From contig OY764080.1 in assembly GCA_963667925.1 (NCBI GenBank), positions 2,641,310 to 2,705,309 on the forward strand: a DNA stretch of 64,000 nucleotides. Direction: 5' to 3'. Position 1 is the stretch's first letter, and every line of letters begins with the position of its first letter. Below the pieces are notes generated by a model. The model saw only the letters and a list, made by a program, of their open reading frames with translations. It was not told where the DNA came from and searched no databases. The position numbers and the translations under genes were made by a program. The stretch comes from Chloroflexota bacterium. Lineage in GTDB: Bacteria > Chloroflexota > UBA11872. Below, in pieces: positions 42,211 to 52,233 of this stretch.

Positions 42211-44631
42211 GTGACGGCAACCGCTGCCAGTCGCCCACGACCACTGGCTCGCGCCCTGCAACTCCCGCGCACAGCATGGCTGCCGCTGATCCTGGTCGGG
42301 ACGGCAACGCTGGCGCCGCTTGTCAGCATCCACACGGTTGGCTGGGCTCCCGGGACCGAGGTGCTGCTACTGGTCGCCGCCGTGGCGATCGCCTTTGGAT
42401 TCGCACTGTCCCGCAGTTCATTGTCGTCGCGGTCAATCGTCGTTATCGGGATGGTGAGCGATCTCGCCGTGGCGTACGTCGTGGCCTCGGAAGCGTTTCC
42501 CGGTCCGCTCGACGCCGTGCGCAACTTCGTTCTCCTGTTTGGGGACACGGTGGAGTGGGTGCAGTTGCGCCAGGCCGGAAACCTTGTGCGGGAGCAGCCG
42601 CTGGCTACGGCCGTGGGCGAGAGCGCCGGGCTGTTTCAGGATCTCTTCTTTCGCCTCGAATCGTGGTTTCAGGCCGCATTCGCCTTCCAGGTCAGCCGCG
42701 ACAACGTGGTGTTTCTGTTCTGGATGACCATGGCCGCCTGGGGCATGGGTTTCACGGCGGCCTGGGCGGCCTTTCGACTTCGCAACGCCTATTTGGCAAT
42801 CGCACCGGGCACGCTGGCGATTGCCGTGAACATCACCTACATCGGTCCAGACTGGCCGCCGTTCGCCATCTTCCTGATCGCAGCATTGGCCCTGACCGTG
42901 CACACGCGGCTGGCCTCGCTAGAAGCCCGGTGGGAAGACACGAGAACCGACTTCTCCGAGGAGCTTGGCCCCACCGTGCTGATCGTGAGCGCACTGCTCA
43001 TCACTGCTGTTGTGTTCCTGGCGCTGATCCTTCCGCGAGCTGGAGGAAACCCCCTGGCCGAGGCCTTCTGGACGTATATGGGCGATGGATGGGGCAATGT
43101 TGAAGCCGGTATTCAGCGCGTGTTTGGAGGTGTCACCAATCCTTCGGGCTCCACCCTTGCCGGGCGCGAAACGCTGGCGCTCTCCGGACCGGAACCGTTC
43201 GCGCGCAAGGAGACGTTAATCATCGAGAGCACTGTGCCGTCGTACTGGCGGGGGCAGACCTTCGATACCTATACCGGCCAGGGCTGGCGCAGCACGATGC
43301 GGATGCTGGAAGGGCGCCGAGCCAACGAACCTCTCACAGAGAGCATTAACCTCCGCTCCCGCCTGGCGTCGCGGTCCAACATCGAGATTCTGGACTCGAA
43401 TTCAGCCATCCTGTTCGCGCCGGGTGACGCTTTGCGCCTTAATCGCCCGTATCAGATTCAGGTGGCCGAGCGTGAGGTGGCCGTGGATGACTACGCATCA
43501 ATCCGTGCCACGCGACGCGTTGGGCAACGCCTGGTGTATTCCGTGGACTCAACGCTGGCCGCCGCGACGAGCCAACAGTTGCGGGAAGCGCCAACCACCT
43601 ACCCGGCCTGGATCGAACGCTACCGCGAACTGCCAGAACTGCCGCCGCGCGTCCTTGAGTTTGCCGCGCGATTGGCCGATACGGGCGACACCGCGCTTGA
43701 CCGCGCGCGCGCCGCAGAGTTTTTCATGCGCCGGTTTCCATTTGCCCAAGACACGGAGCCATTGCCGCCGGACCGGGACGCGACCGACTACTTCCTTTTT
43801 GACCTTCGCCGCGGGCACTCGACGCTGATCGCGTCCACCATGGCGGTGCTGGTGAGAGCCATGGGGATTCCGGCCCGCGTGGCGGCTGGCTATGCGGAGG
43901 GGGTATTTGACCCGGTAACTCAACGATTCATCGTTAACCCGAGCGACGCCCACACGTGGGTGGAGGTGTACTTCCCCACGTACGGATGGGTGCTCTTTGA
44001 ACCGTCAGGTTTCAGAGCGCCTGAAGTTCGTGGTGGGGCTGCCGAAGGCGCGGAAGGAGGCGGCACTCTCAACCCGGACGCCGCCGACCTTTCGATGGTT
44101 GATGAGTTCCTAGACGATCTCGACGAGTTGGACTCGGGGAACTTCCAGCCGCTGGCGCCGACCGCCGACTTGAATCCGGTTCAAGAGTTCCTGGGAAACC
44201 TCGGCGGAGCGATTCTGGCGCTGGTTGTGACTGGAGCCGCAATCATCTCGCTTGCCGTGCTCTACTTGCTTGGCTCGCTGGTGCGCGACCTGCTTCAGAA
44301 CCCGCGTTCAGCAGTAAGCCGTCGATACGAGCGCATGGTCAAGTGGGCAGCTCGGGCCGGGTACAATAGGAACCAGGGGTTTACTCCAGCGGAACTTGGC
44401 CGGCAGTTGGCTGCCGAGCTTTTTCCGACGCCCGCCATGGAAGCACCCACCGGCCGGGCAGCCCCGCCCGAAGTTGTTGCGGAGACGTATGTTCGTGCCA
44501 CGTACGGCCGCCGGCAGATTTCACGCTCGGAGCGACGGATGGTTGATAAGGCCTGGCGGCGCGTGCGGCTGAGGCTTGCGATTCGCATGATCAGGCGACC
44601 CTTGCGTCGGCCCAGTTTTTCTCGGGCCTGA
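42211..44631 (+). CDS. Transglutaminase-like membrane protein (DUF3488/TGase domain)
   Basis: GTG 42211. Multi-TM N-terminus; transglutaminase core IPARVAAGYAEG...DAHTWVEVYFPTYGWVLFEPS. Confidence 0.75.
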   Translation: MTATAASRPRPLARALQLPRTAWLPLILVGTATLAPLVSIHTVGWAPGTEVLLLVAAVAIAFGFALSRSSLSSRSIVVIGMVSDLAVAYVVASEAFPGPLDAVRNFVLLFGDTVEWVQLRQAGNLVREQPLATAVGESAGLFQDLFFRLESWFQAAFAFQVSRDNVVFLFWMTMAAWGMGFTAAWAAFRLRNAYLAIAPGTLAIAVNITYIGPDWPPFAIFLIAALALTVHTRLASLEARWEDTRTDFSEELGPTVLIVSALLITAVVFLALILPRAGGNPLAEAFWTYMGDGWGNVEAGIQRVFGGVTNPSGSTLAGRETLALSGPEPFARKETLIIESTVPSYWRGQTFDTYTGQGWRSTMRMLEGRRANEPLTESINLRSRLASRSNIEILDSNSAILFAPGDALRLNRPYQIQVAEREVAVDDYASIRATRRVGQRLVYSVDSTLAAATSQQLREAPTTYPAWIERYRELPELPPRVLEFAARLADTGDTALDRARAAEFFMRRFPFAQDTEPLPPDRDATDYFLFDLRRGHSTLIASTMAVLVRAMGIPARVAAGYAEGVFDPVTQRFIVNPSDAHTWVEVYFPTYGWVLFEPSGFRAPEVRGGAAEGAEGGGTLNPDAADLSMVDEFLDDLDELDSGNFQPLAPTADLNPVQEFLGNLGGAILALVVTGAAIISLAVLYLLGSLVRDLLQNPRSAVSRRYERMVKWAARAGYNRNQGFTPAELGRQLAAELFPTPAMEAPTGRAAPPEVVAETYVRATYGRRQISRSERRMVDKAWRRVRLRLAIRMIRRPLRRPSFSRA

Positions 44632-44634
44632 GCC

Positions 44635-44919
44635 ATGGACCTGGCAGGCGTTCGCGATATCGCGGTGGTGGTGCTGGCGGCAGTTGCCCTGGTTGCCACA
44701 CTTGTGCTGCTGATCACCGGAATGCTGGTCTGGCGTTTATTGGCGGCGATCAGAACGGACGTCGCACCAATCATCCAGTCGGCTCGCGAGACCGTGGACA
44801 CGGTCCGAGACACCACGGAACTGGTGAGCGACGCCGTGAAGGACGGCACCAGTTCCACCTCGGGTGCGCTGAAGAAATTTCGTGGGGTTCTGCAGTTGGC
44901 GCTCCGCTGGTGGAGATGA
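44635..44919 (+). CDS. Small membrane protein (DUF948-like)
   Basis: 94 aa; single N-terminal TM then helical region. Confidence 0.5.
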   Translation: MDLAGVRDIAVVVLAAVALVATLVLLITGMLVWRLLAAIRTDVAPIIQSARETVDTVRDTTELVSDAVKDGTSSTSGALKKFRGVLQLALRWWR

Positions 44920-45168
44920 GTGGACTCGACAATGAGCTGGATAATCATCGGCGCCGCCGTTGGGTTCTTCGTCGGGGGCGCCGTGGGGACCGTTCTGGCG
45001 CCCCAGCGCGCACAGAGAGTTCTGGACGGACTACCGGAACGGTTTAGCGCGATCCGCAGCTCGGCCCAGCGGGCAGCCAGCGAGGCGGAGGCGAGCGTTC
45101 GTCGCCGCTCCGAGCGCCCACGCAGGCGCCGGCGGCGGCGGAGCCGAAGACGCCGCGGGCGGGGCTAG
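44920..45168 (+). CDS. Small membrane protein (YtxH-like) with Arg-rich tail
   Basis: 82 aa; GAAVGFFVGGAVG glycine-zipper TM. Confidence 0.5.
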   Translation: MDSTMSWIIIGAAVGFFVGGAVGTVLAPQRAQRVLDGLPERFSAIRSSAQRAASEAEASVRRRSERPRRRRRRRSRRRRGRG

Positions 45169-45482
45169 TGGAGATCGCACGCGACATCGCGATCATCGTC
45201 CTAGTCATCCAGGGGTTGATTATTGGGCTGGCGGCGTTCGTGGCCGGGGTGCTGGGAGCCATCGCCATCGTGGAGGCCACCGTGAACGTACGGCGCGGAC
45301 TGCGGCGGACCGCCGTAAAGATGGAGCGGGCAAACAAGCGCGTGGACTCGATTGTCGAGACGCGCGTTCTGCCGCCGATTATCCAATACCACCGCGGACG
45401 GGCGGCGGCGCGATCCACGCTGGAGCAGGCGCGGCGGGCGTTGGACGATCTGAAACGGACTGCCGGGGTCGGCGGATCCTAG
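45168..45482 (+). CDS. Small membrane protein (DUF948-like)
   Basis: 104 aa; TM then coiled region; adjacent paralog context. Confidence 0.5.
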   Translation: MEIARDIAIIVLVIQGLIIGLAAFVAGVLGAIAIVEATVNVRRGLRRTAVKMERANKRVDSIVETRVLPPIIQYHRGRAAARSTLEQARRALDDLKRTAGVGGS

Positions 45483-45507
45483 CCGCCAATCCGGCCGTGG
45501 GCGTTGC

Positions 45508-46047
45508 TCACACGCTGTTGAGTTCGTCTCGCAGCGCTCTGAGTTGCCGGTAGCCGGCGACGAGGTCATCAAACGAGTAGCGCGTGTTCAAGCCGCTGGG
45601 ACTCGGAACCAGGAACACCACTGACACTCCCAGGGGCCGACTCTGACGTCCCGGCCTGGGCCGCGGGGTGGACGCAAGGCCCTCGCCGTACCTGAGGTAG
45701 TCGCGATAGCCGGCGATACCCTGGAAGCAGACGATGCGGGGCTGGAAGCGCCTGATCTTGACCTTGAGCACCGGCGCCCAGCGGCGGTAGTCGGCGGCGT
45801 TAAGGTCCTTCGTCGTGCGAGTCGGGCGCTTGACGACGTCGGTAAGTCCAATGCCGAACTCCAAGACCCGGGCGTCGGTTTCAGGCCTTAAGGGCTCGCC
45901 GAACAGTCCGGCCCGGTTGGCGGCATTCCAGAAGCGGTTGCCGGGGCCGGCGTAGTAGTGCCCAGCCCGAACTGAGGAGGCGCCGGGATTGATGCCGACC
46001 ATCACGATGTCGAGCCCGGGCTCAAGGTAGTCAGGCAGTGTGGTCAC
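45508..46047 (-). CDS. mug: G/U mismatch-specific uracil-DNA glycosylase (Mug/TDG family)
   Basis: GINPGASSVRAGHYYAGPGNRFW active-site motif (GINPG). Confidence 0.8.
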   Translation of the reverse strand: MTTLPDYLEPGLDIVMVGINPGASSVRAGHYYAGPGNRFWNAANRAGLFGEPLRPETDARVLEFGIGLTDVVKRPTRTTKDLNAADYRRWAPVLKVKIRRFQPRIVCFQGIAGYRDYLRYGEGLASTPRPRPGRQSRPLGVSVVFLVPSPSGLNTRYSFDDLVAGYRQLRALRDELNSV

Positions 46048-46146
46048 AGACTCAAGCGCATTCGCCGGTCGAGCTTTGACACGCCGTTTGCGGCATCACG
46101 GCAAAACTCCGCACACTTTTTTCAGATCGCCATTGAACCAAACGGA

Positions 46147-46749
46147 TTGCAAATCACCGAGACATCTCGGGATCGCGTGACAGTCGCCGCAGCAGCGGCG
46201 GGCGCGGCGTCTGATGTTCACTTGCCGGCGGTCATTTCCGCCGACGACATTTCACAGCGCGTTGGTGAGCTTGGCAGGGAAATCTCGGCGGCATACGCGG
46301 GCCGAGAGCCCGTTTTGGTGCTGGTGCTGCACGGGGCGTTCATCTTCGCCGCCGATCTGAGCCGCACGCTCGCCACTGCGTACCAGGTGGAATCGCTGGC
46401 GCTCGCTTCGTACGACGGTCGAGAGTCGAGCGGTCAGGTCCAAGTGGTCAAGGATCTGGGTTGCGACATCGCCGGGCGGGATGTGCTGATTGTGGAGGAC
46501 ATCGTGGATACCGGCCGTACAGTGGCGGCCGCGCTGGCGTTGCTGGAATCCCGCAGTCCGCGTTCGATCGAGGTGGTGACGCTGCTGGACAAGCCCTCGC
46601 GCCGCGTGATGGAGGCCAACCCGCGCTGGGTCGGGTTCGAGATCGAGGACATATTCGTGGTTGGCTACGGGCTCGACCTGGATGGGCGCTTTCGCGGGTT
46701 GCCGTATATTGCCAACGCCGACGCCTTGGATTCGAAAGGCAATCGATAA
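46147..46749 (+). CDS. hpt: Hypoxanthine phosphoribosyltransferase
   Basis: PRPP-binding motif VLIVEDIVDTGRT; 200 aa. Confidence 0.85.
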   Translation: MQITETSRDRVTVAAAAAGAASDVHLPAVISADDISQRVGELGREISAAYAGREPVLVLVLHGAFIFAADLSRTLATAYQVESLALASYDGRESSGQVQVVKDLGCDIAGRDVLIVEDIVDTGRTVAAALALLESRSPRSIEVVTLLDKPSRRVMEANPRWVGFEIEDIFVVGYGLDLDGRFRGLPYIANADALDSKGNR

Positions 46750-46753
46750 CCCA

Positions 46754-47530
46754 ATGCCCCTGGTCACCGTCGATAACCACCGCGTGTCGCTGGACGTGCG
46801 AGGCAGTGGGAGCACCACGGTCCTGTTCATCCACGGCGTTGGTCCGGGTGGCGCTGCCTGGGACCTTGTCACCCAGGGTTTGGCGGACGCGTGCCGCGCG
46901 TTTGTGCTCGACTTTCCCGGTTTCGGCAAGAGTGAACGCGGGAATGCGACAGGCTCCGTGGACGACGCGGCAACGCTGGTGCACCGCGTGTTGCATGCGC
47001 AGGGATATACCGAGGCGCTGCCGATCGTGGGACACGCCTATGGTGGGCTGGTGGCGCTGGCATTTGCCGCACGCTTTCCGAGTCATGTGTCCAAACTGGC
47101 GCTGATTTCGACTGCCGGATTCGACAGCAGTCCCGCAACCACCCTGGAGCGACGGGACAGGATCAGCGAGGCTGGATGGGACGCCGACACAGCCGACGAC
47201 TGGCTTCGCGCAGGTCTTGTGGAGGACCTGGCCGAGGCGCATTTTGCCGACATGCGCGACGACGCGGCGGCGGTGGACGGGGACGTGATCTCCAACTGTT
47301 TCACCAGCAGCGCTCGACGCGTTTTGCTGGAGGAAGCTTGCGCGATTGAGGCGCCCACGCTGCTGGTGCGTGGATCCGACGATCCGCTTGTGCGCGACAC
47401 GGACGTGCAGATCCTGGCAGCACGACTGGCCGGCGCCGAGGTGATTTCCACGCCGGGCGTCGGGCATTGGCCGAGCCTGGAAGCGCCTGACGAATTGCGC
47501 GCTGAACTGGTGCGGTTCCTCGGGCTCTGA
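46754..47530 (+). CDS. Alpha/beta-fold hydrolase
   Basis: ATG 46754 (MPLVTVDNHRV...). HGVGPGG oxyanion region and GHAYGG nucleophile elbow. Confidence 0.7.
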   Translation: MPLVTVDNHRVSLDVRGSGSTTVLFIHGVGPGGAAWDLVTQGLADACRAFVLDFPGFGKSERGNATGSVDDAATLVHRVLHAQGYTEALPIVGHAYGGLVALAFAARFPSHVSKLALISTAGFDSSPATTLERRDRISEAGWDADTADDWLRAGLVEDLAEAHFADMRDDAAAVDGDVISNCFTSSARRVLLEEACAIEAPTLLVRGSDDPLVRDTDVQILAARLAGAEVISTPGVGHWPSLEAPDELRAELVRFLGL

Positions 47531-47590
47531 CCACGGAGAGGTAGTGCTAGCCTTCGCGCTGATGCGGGCACCACACGACGGACCCTGGGT

Positions 47591-48415
47591 ATGAAATTCG
47601 TTCGTTACGCCACCGAATCCGGGCCGGCCCTTGGCTCTCTCAAGGAGTCGGGCGCGATTTACGCCGTCAGCGGCGACATGTTTGGCGACTACGAGGTTGG
47701 GGCGAAGGTCGGCACGGTGGACGACCTGGACCTGCTGGCGCCGGTGGATCCCGGGAACGTGATCGCCGTGGGGGCCAACTACCTGGCGCACATCCTGGAA
47801 GGCCACGACGAAGACGCCATTCCGAAGTTTCCCATGCTCTTCATGAAGCCCACTTCGGCCATCACCGGTCCTGGCGCCCCCATCGTGCTGCCGGACCCGG
47901 CGAAGTTCACCCAGTCAATGAACGACCCAGACCTTCAGAAGGACCCGTTCGGCGAGGTGCACTACGAGGCCGAGCTGGTGGCGGTAATGGGGAAGACGTG
48001 CCGAAACGTGTCGGAGGACGAGGCGCTGGATTACGTGCTGGGCTATAGCTGCGGCAACGACGTCAGCGCACGAGGCTTGCAGTTCAAAGAAATGGCCACC
48101 GGCGTGCTGCTAATGGGCAAGGGCATGGACACGTTTGCGCCGCTGGGGCCGTGCATCGCCACCGACCTGGATCCGACCAACCTGGAGATCATGGCCCGGC
48201 TGAATGGCGAGACTAAGCAGCACAGCAACACGGACGACCTGCTGTTCGGCGTGGCCGCCCTGGTTGCCTACGCCTCGCAGGGCATCACACTCAGTCCCGG
48301 CGACTGCATCTACACGGGCACGTGCGCGGGGCCGTCGGCGCTCTCGCCGGGCGACGTGATCGAGATTGAAGTGGAAGGCGTGGGCGTGCTGAGCAACCCG
48401 GTGGTGGCCGCCTAG
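47591..48415 (+). CDS. Fumarylacetoacetate hydrolase (FAH) family protein
   Basis: ELVAVMGK...GYSCGNDVSARGLQ FAH-fold motifs; 274 aa. Confidence 0.8.
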   Translation: MKFVRYATESGPALGSLKESGAIYAVSGDMFGDYEVGAKVGTVDDLDLLAPVDPGNVIAVGANYLAHILEGHDEDAIPKFPMLFMKPTSAITGPGAPIVLPDPAKFTQSMNDPDLQKDPFGEVHYEAELVAVMGKTCRNVSEDEALDYVLGYSCGNDVSARGLQFKEMATGVLLMGKGMDTFAPLGPCIATDLDPTNLEIMARLNGETKQHSNTDDLLFGVAALVAYASQGITLSPGDCIYTGTCAGPSALSPGDVIEIEVEGVGVLSNPVVAA

Positions 48416-48436
48416 CGCGCCACCGGTGCCAGCGGC

Positions 48437-49702
48437 ATGATCCGCAGCTTTGATCTGCCCTACGGCGATGAGACGCTGGCCGTCGGCACGGCCGGCGTTG
48501 ACGTGACGGGGGTCTACACGCCCCGACCGACGCCGCCGGCGCTCGCGCCCGAGGCCCTCATCCGGGAGGCGCTGGACAACCCAATCGGGTCTGAATCGTT
48601 GCGCCAGGCGGCGCGCGGCAAGGCCAGCGCTCTCGTCCTGATTGACGACATCACGCGGGAGACGCCGGCGAACCTGCTGCTGCCGCCGATCCTGGACGAC
48701 CTGGAAGCGGCGGGAATCGCGGCGGACGACATCCTGGTGATGATCGCCCTGGGCACGCACCGGCCGATGACTGACGGCGAGATTCGACACAAGGTTGGAG
48801 ACGAGGTGCTGGCGCGGGTGCGGGTGACGCAGCACGACCACCGCACGGCGCCCCTGCGTGACCTGGGGGTGACGCCGAGCGGGACGCCGATCGAGGTGAA
48901 CGAGCACCTGTTCGAGGCCGACATCGTGATTGGGACCGGCGCCGTGGTGCCGCACCACATTGCGGGGTTTTCGGCGGGCGCCAAGATCGTGCAGCCGGGA
49001 GTCTCGGGCGCCGCCACGACAGCCGCCACGCACATGTTCAGCGCCCGGGCGCGGACGCCGCTGCTGGGCCAGGTCGACACGCCGGTGCGCGCCGAGATGG
49101 AGTTGATTGCCGAGCGCTGCGGTATGCGGCAGGTGCTGAACGTGACCCTCAATGCCGACGGACGGATCGTGACCGCTCGCTTTGGCGCGACGCGGCCTAC
49201 CTTTCGACGGGCCGTCGAAGACGCCCGGCGCATTTACGGCGTTCGCGCACCGGCCGGGCTGGACGCGGTGGTGGCCGGGTCGCATCCGTGCGACATCGAG
49301 TTCTGGCAGGCCCACAAGAGCCTGTATCCGGCGATGCTGATGGTGCGGCCCGGCGGGACGATCATCGTGGTGACGCCCTGCCCGGAAGGGGTGGCCGTGA
49401 CGCATCCCGACATGCTCGACTACACGGCGCAGCCGGCGGACGAGTTGTTGCGACGCTACGAGGGCAACGAGATCGACGACCGCGTGGGCGCCTCACTGGC
49501 CGTGGCCTGGGCCAGGGTTCGGGAATATGCGCGCGTGGTGCTGGTCTCGGACGGCATTGCGCCGCACGAGGCGAAGGCACTGGGGTTCGATACGGCGCCG
49601 GACGTGGAAACGGCGCTTTCGGCCCTGGCGCGGACAAGCGATTCCGTGCCGCAGGTTGGGGTGTTGACCCACGCACCGGACACGCTGCCGCTGGTGGCCT
49701 GA
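48437..49702 (+). CDS. LarA-family (nickel-pincer-nucleotide-dependent 2-hydroxyacid racemase/epimerase-like) protein
   Basis: DUF2088 N-domain with LIDDITRETP motif; ~420 aa as LarA. Confidence 0.7.
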   Translation: MIRSFDLPYGDETLAVGTAGVDVTGVYTPRPTPPALAPEALIREALDNPIGSESLRQAARGKASALVLIDDITRETPANLLLPPILDDLEAAGIAADDILVMIALGTHRPMTDGEIRHKVGDEVLARVRVTQHDHRTAPLRDLGVTPSGTPIEVNEHLFEADIVIGTGAVVPHHIAGFSAGAKIVQPGVSGAATTAATHMFSARARTPLLGQVDTPVRAEMELIAERCGMRQVLNVTLNADGRIVTARFGATRPTFRRAVEDARRIYGVRAPAGLDAVVAGSHPCDIEFWQAHKSLYPAMLMVRPGGTIIVVTPCPEGVAVTHPDMLDYTAQPADELLRRYEGNEIDDRVGASLAVAWARVREYARVVLVSDGIAPHEAKALGFDTAPDVETALSALARTSDSVPQVGVLTHAPDTLPLVA

Positions 49703-49705
49703 CCA

Positions 49706-50932
49706 ATGGAGCGTTGGGCCGTCATCGCCGACGACCTGACGGGGGCGCTGGACACCGCGCTGCAATTCCGGAAAGCCGGCCATCAGACTTTTGCGTCGAC
49801 CCGCCCTGGTGTCTGGCCGTCGCACGGAACAGTCGTTGCCCTGAGCACGGAAACCAGGCACGTTCCGGCCGCCGATGCCGCCGCGAGCGTGACGGCAGCG
49901 TTTCGCACGCTGAAACGTGAACCGTTGGCGCGGACCTATAAGAAGACTGACTCGCTGCTGCGCGGGAACATTGGGGCCGAGTTGCGGGCGCTGTGCGACA
50001 TCGCCGGCGCCGGGCCGCTGGTGTTTGCGCCGGCCTATCCGACCGGCGGACGGACGACGATCGATGGGATCCATCGGCTGGACGGAGTTCCCGTAGCCGA
50101 GGCTGCCGCGGGGCGCGATCCGCTAACTCCGGTTCGGGAGTCGCACATTCCCACGCTCCTGCGGGACAGCGGGCTGAGGGCCGAGGGTGTTTCGCTCGGT
50201 GTTGTCCGGGGAGATCAGGACGGGCTCGTGGCAGAGCTGGAACGGGCAGGCCGGACCGGCATTGACATCCTGGCGCCGGACGTTGAGAACGACGACGACC
50301 TGAACAACATAGCGTCAGCCGTTCGTGCGTCGGCCGTTGGACGCGTTAGCGCGGGTTCCGCCGGGCTCGCTGAATACCTGGCGGGGCCCAATCGAGCTTT
50401 GGGCAAACCCAGCTACCTTGCCCAAGCGGCATTCGTGGCGGCCGTGGTGGGCACGCCGAGCGCTCATACCAAGACACAGGTCGAGCGAGCGCTGGCCGCA
50501 GGCTCTGCACATCGCATCCGAATCCGACGCCGCGAAGATATTCAGGCCGCATTACAGGAGACGTGCCGGGTCCAGGTGACCGACCGCTTGTTGATCTTCG
50601 ACACGACGATTGACGGATCAGCGCCCCGGCGAGAAGAACGACGGGAGCAACTTCGCCTTGTCGGCGAGCTCTGCAGCGCCCTGGTGGGCGCCGCCGATCA
50701 GCCGGGGCTGATTCTCACCGGAGGGGATACCGCACGCGCCGCACTGGACGCGCTGGAAGTGGATGCGATCGAGGTTCTCGGGGAAATCGAGTGGGGCGTG
50801 CCTGGCGGGCATGCGCTGCGCGGTACACGCCGGGTGGCGTCGATCGTCACCAAGGGCGGGAACATGGGAGGCCTGGATGCGCTGATGACCGCCTTCAGGC
50901 GCCTATGCTCCAAGGTGAGACAGGCAGCATGA
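49706..50932 (+). CDS. Four-carbon acid sugar kinase (DUF1537; OtnK/DtnK family)
   Basis: N-terminal WAVIADDLTGALDTALQF motif, typical of DUF1537 kinases. Confidence 0.8.
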   Translation: MERWAVIADDLTGALDTALQFRKAGHQTFASTRPGVWPSHGTVVALSTETRHVPAADAAASVTAAFRTLKREPLARTYKKTDSLLRGNIGAELRALCDIAGAGPLVFAPAYPTGGRTTIDGIHRLDGVPVAEAAAGRDPLTPVRESHIPTLLRDSGLRAEGVSLGVVRGDQDGLVAELERAGRTGIDILAPDVENDDDLNNIASAVRASAVGRVSAGSAGLAEYLAGPNRALGKPSYLAQAAFVAAVVGTPSAHTKTQVERALAAGSAHRIRIRRREDIQAALQETCRVQVTDRLLIFDTTIDGSAPRREERREQLRLVGELCSALVGAADQPGLILTGGDTARAALDALEVDAIEVLGEIEWGVPGGHALRGTRRVASIVTKGGNMGGLDALMTAFRRLCSKVRQAA

Positions 50933-50984
50933 CGTCACGGTTTGCTAACGAGCGCCCAATGACGCGTCACACGTCACTGAGGTT

Positions 50985-52007
50985 TTGATGTCCGCCGACC
51001 CGCGTCCGCTGATTGCCGTGACCATGGGCGACCCGGCCGGCGTCGGACCGGAAATCACGGCGAAGGCCCTGGTAAATCCGAAGATCCGTACCGCCTGTCG
51101 CGCCGTGGTGATCGGTGACTTGCGGACGATGGAACGGGCGGCCGGTGCAGTGGGGATCGACGTCGCTGCCGTGGACGCGGATGCGTTGGACCGCGGAGGT
51201 GATGAGATCCAGATCTATGACCCGTGGGGACGCGATCTGAGCGAGGCGCCCGTGGGGATGGTGGACGCCAGAGCCGGGGCGGCCGCGGCGGAGGCGGTGA
51301 TCGCGGCGACGAAGCTCGCGCTGGACGGCCGAGTGGCGGCCATCGTTACCGCTCCGATCAACAAGGCCGCCATCAACGCCGCCGGGTACCACTACGCGGG
51401 ACACACGGAGTTGCTGGCCGACCTGACGGACTCACCGGGCGCGCGCATGTTGCTGGTTGCGCCGGGGCTCCGGGTCATCCACAACAGCACTCACGTATCG
51501 CTGCGGGAGGCGATTGACCGGGTGACGCGGGAGAATGTGCGACATGTGATTGGGCTGCTGGATGCAACGCTGCGGATGATGGCCATTCCGGAGCCGCGAA
51601 TCGCCGTTTGCGGGCTCAACCCGCATGCGGGGGAGGGGGGCCTGTTCGGTCACGAGGACGATGCGTTCATTCGGCCGGCCATCGAGGATGCGCGCAACGA
51701 CGGTATCGACACGTACGGACCCGAGCCGGGCGACACGGTCTTCAACAGGGCGCGAACCGGGACGTTCGACGGGGTGGTGGCGATGTATCACGACCAGGGG
51801 CACGTGGCGGTGAAGGTGGCCGGGTTCTTTGACGGCATCAACGTGTCTGTCGGTCTACCCATCATTCGCACCAGCGTGGATCACGGCACGGCCTTCGACA
51901 TTGCCGGGCAAGGCGTGGCGCGGGCGGATAGTATGGAGATGGCCATCGAAATCGCCGCCACCATGGCCGTCAGCGACGGACGCCCGGCGGCCCCGGAGAC
52001 TGCCTAA
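50985..52007 (+). CDS. pdxA: 4-hydroxythreonine-4-phosphate dehydrogenase PdxA family (PdxA2-type 4-phospho-threonate/erythronate dehydrogenase)
   Basis: GDPAGVGPEI, HTELLA and NPHAGEGG motifs. Confidence 0.85.
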   Translation: MMSADPRPLIAVTMGDPAGVGPEITAKALVNPKIRTACRAVVIGDLRTMERAAGAVGIDVAAVDADALDRGGDEIQIYDPWGRDLSEAPVGMVDARAGAAAAEAVIAATKLALDGRVAAIVTAPINKAAINAAGYHYAGHTELLADLTDSPGARMLLVAPGLRVIHNSTHVSLREAIDRVTRENVRHVIGLLDATLRMMAIPEPRIAVCGLNPHAGEGGLFGHEDDAFIRPAIEDARNDGIDTYGPEPGDTVFNRARTGTFDGVVAMYHDQGHVAVKVAGFFDGINVSVGLPIIRTSVDHGTAFDIAGQGVARADSMEMAIEIAATMAVSDGRPAAPETA

Positions 52008-52011
52008 CCCA

Positions 52012-52233
52012 ATGAATGCCCCTCTGCAGCTAGCCCAACTGGCGCTATCCGTGATTGTGATTGCCGCGGTTCTGATCCAGTTGCGGAATACGGGGATGGG
52101 CTCGGCGCTGGGCGGGAGCGATAGCTCGTTCTTTCACGCCCGGCGTGGCGTCGACCGGCTGACATTCAACTTTACGATCGGCGCGTCAACGCTGTTCTTC
52201 CTCGTTTCCATCCTGGCGGCCGTTCTCCAGTAA
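52012..52233 (+). CDS. secG: Preprotein translocase subunit SecG
   Basis: ATG 52012; 73 aa; two TM segments with a GGSDSSFF...RRG loop, typical of SecG. Confidence 0.7.
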   Translation: MNAPLQLAQLALSVIVIAAVLIQLRNTGMGSALGGSDSSFFHARRGVDRLTFNFTIGASTLFFLVSILAAVLQ

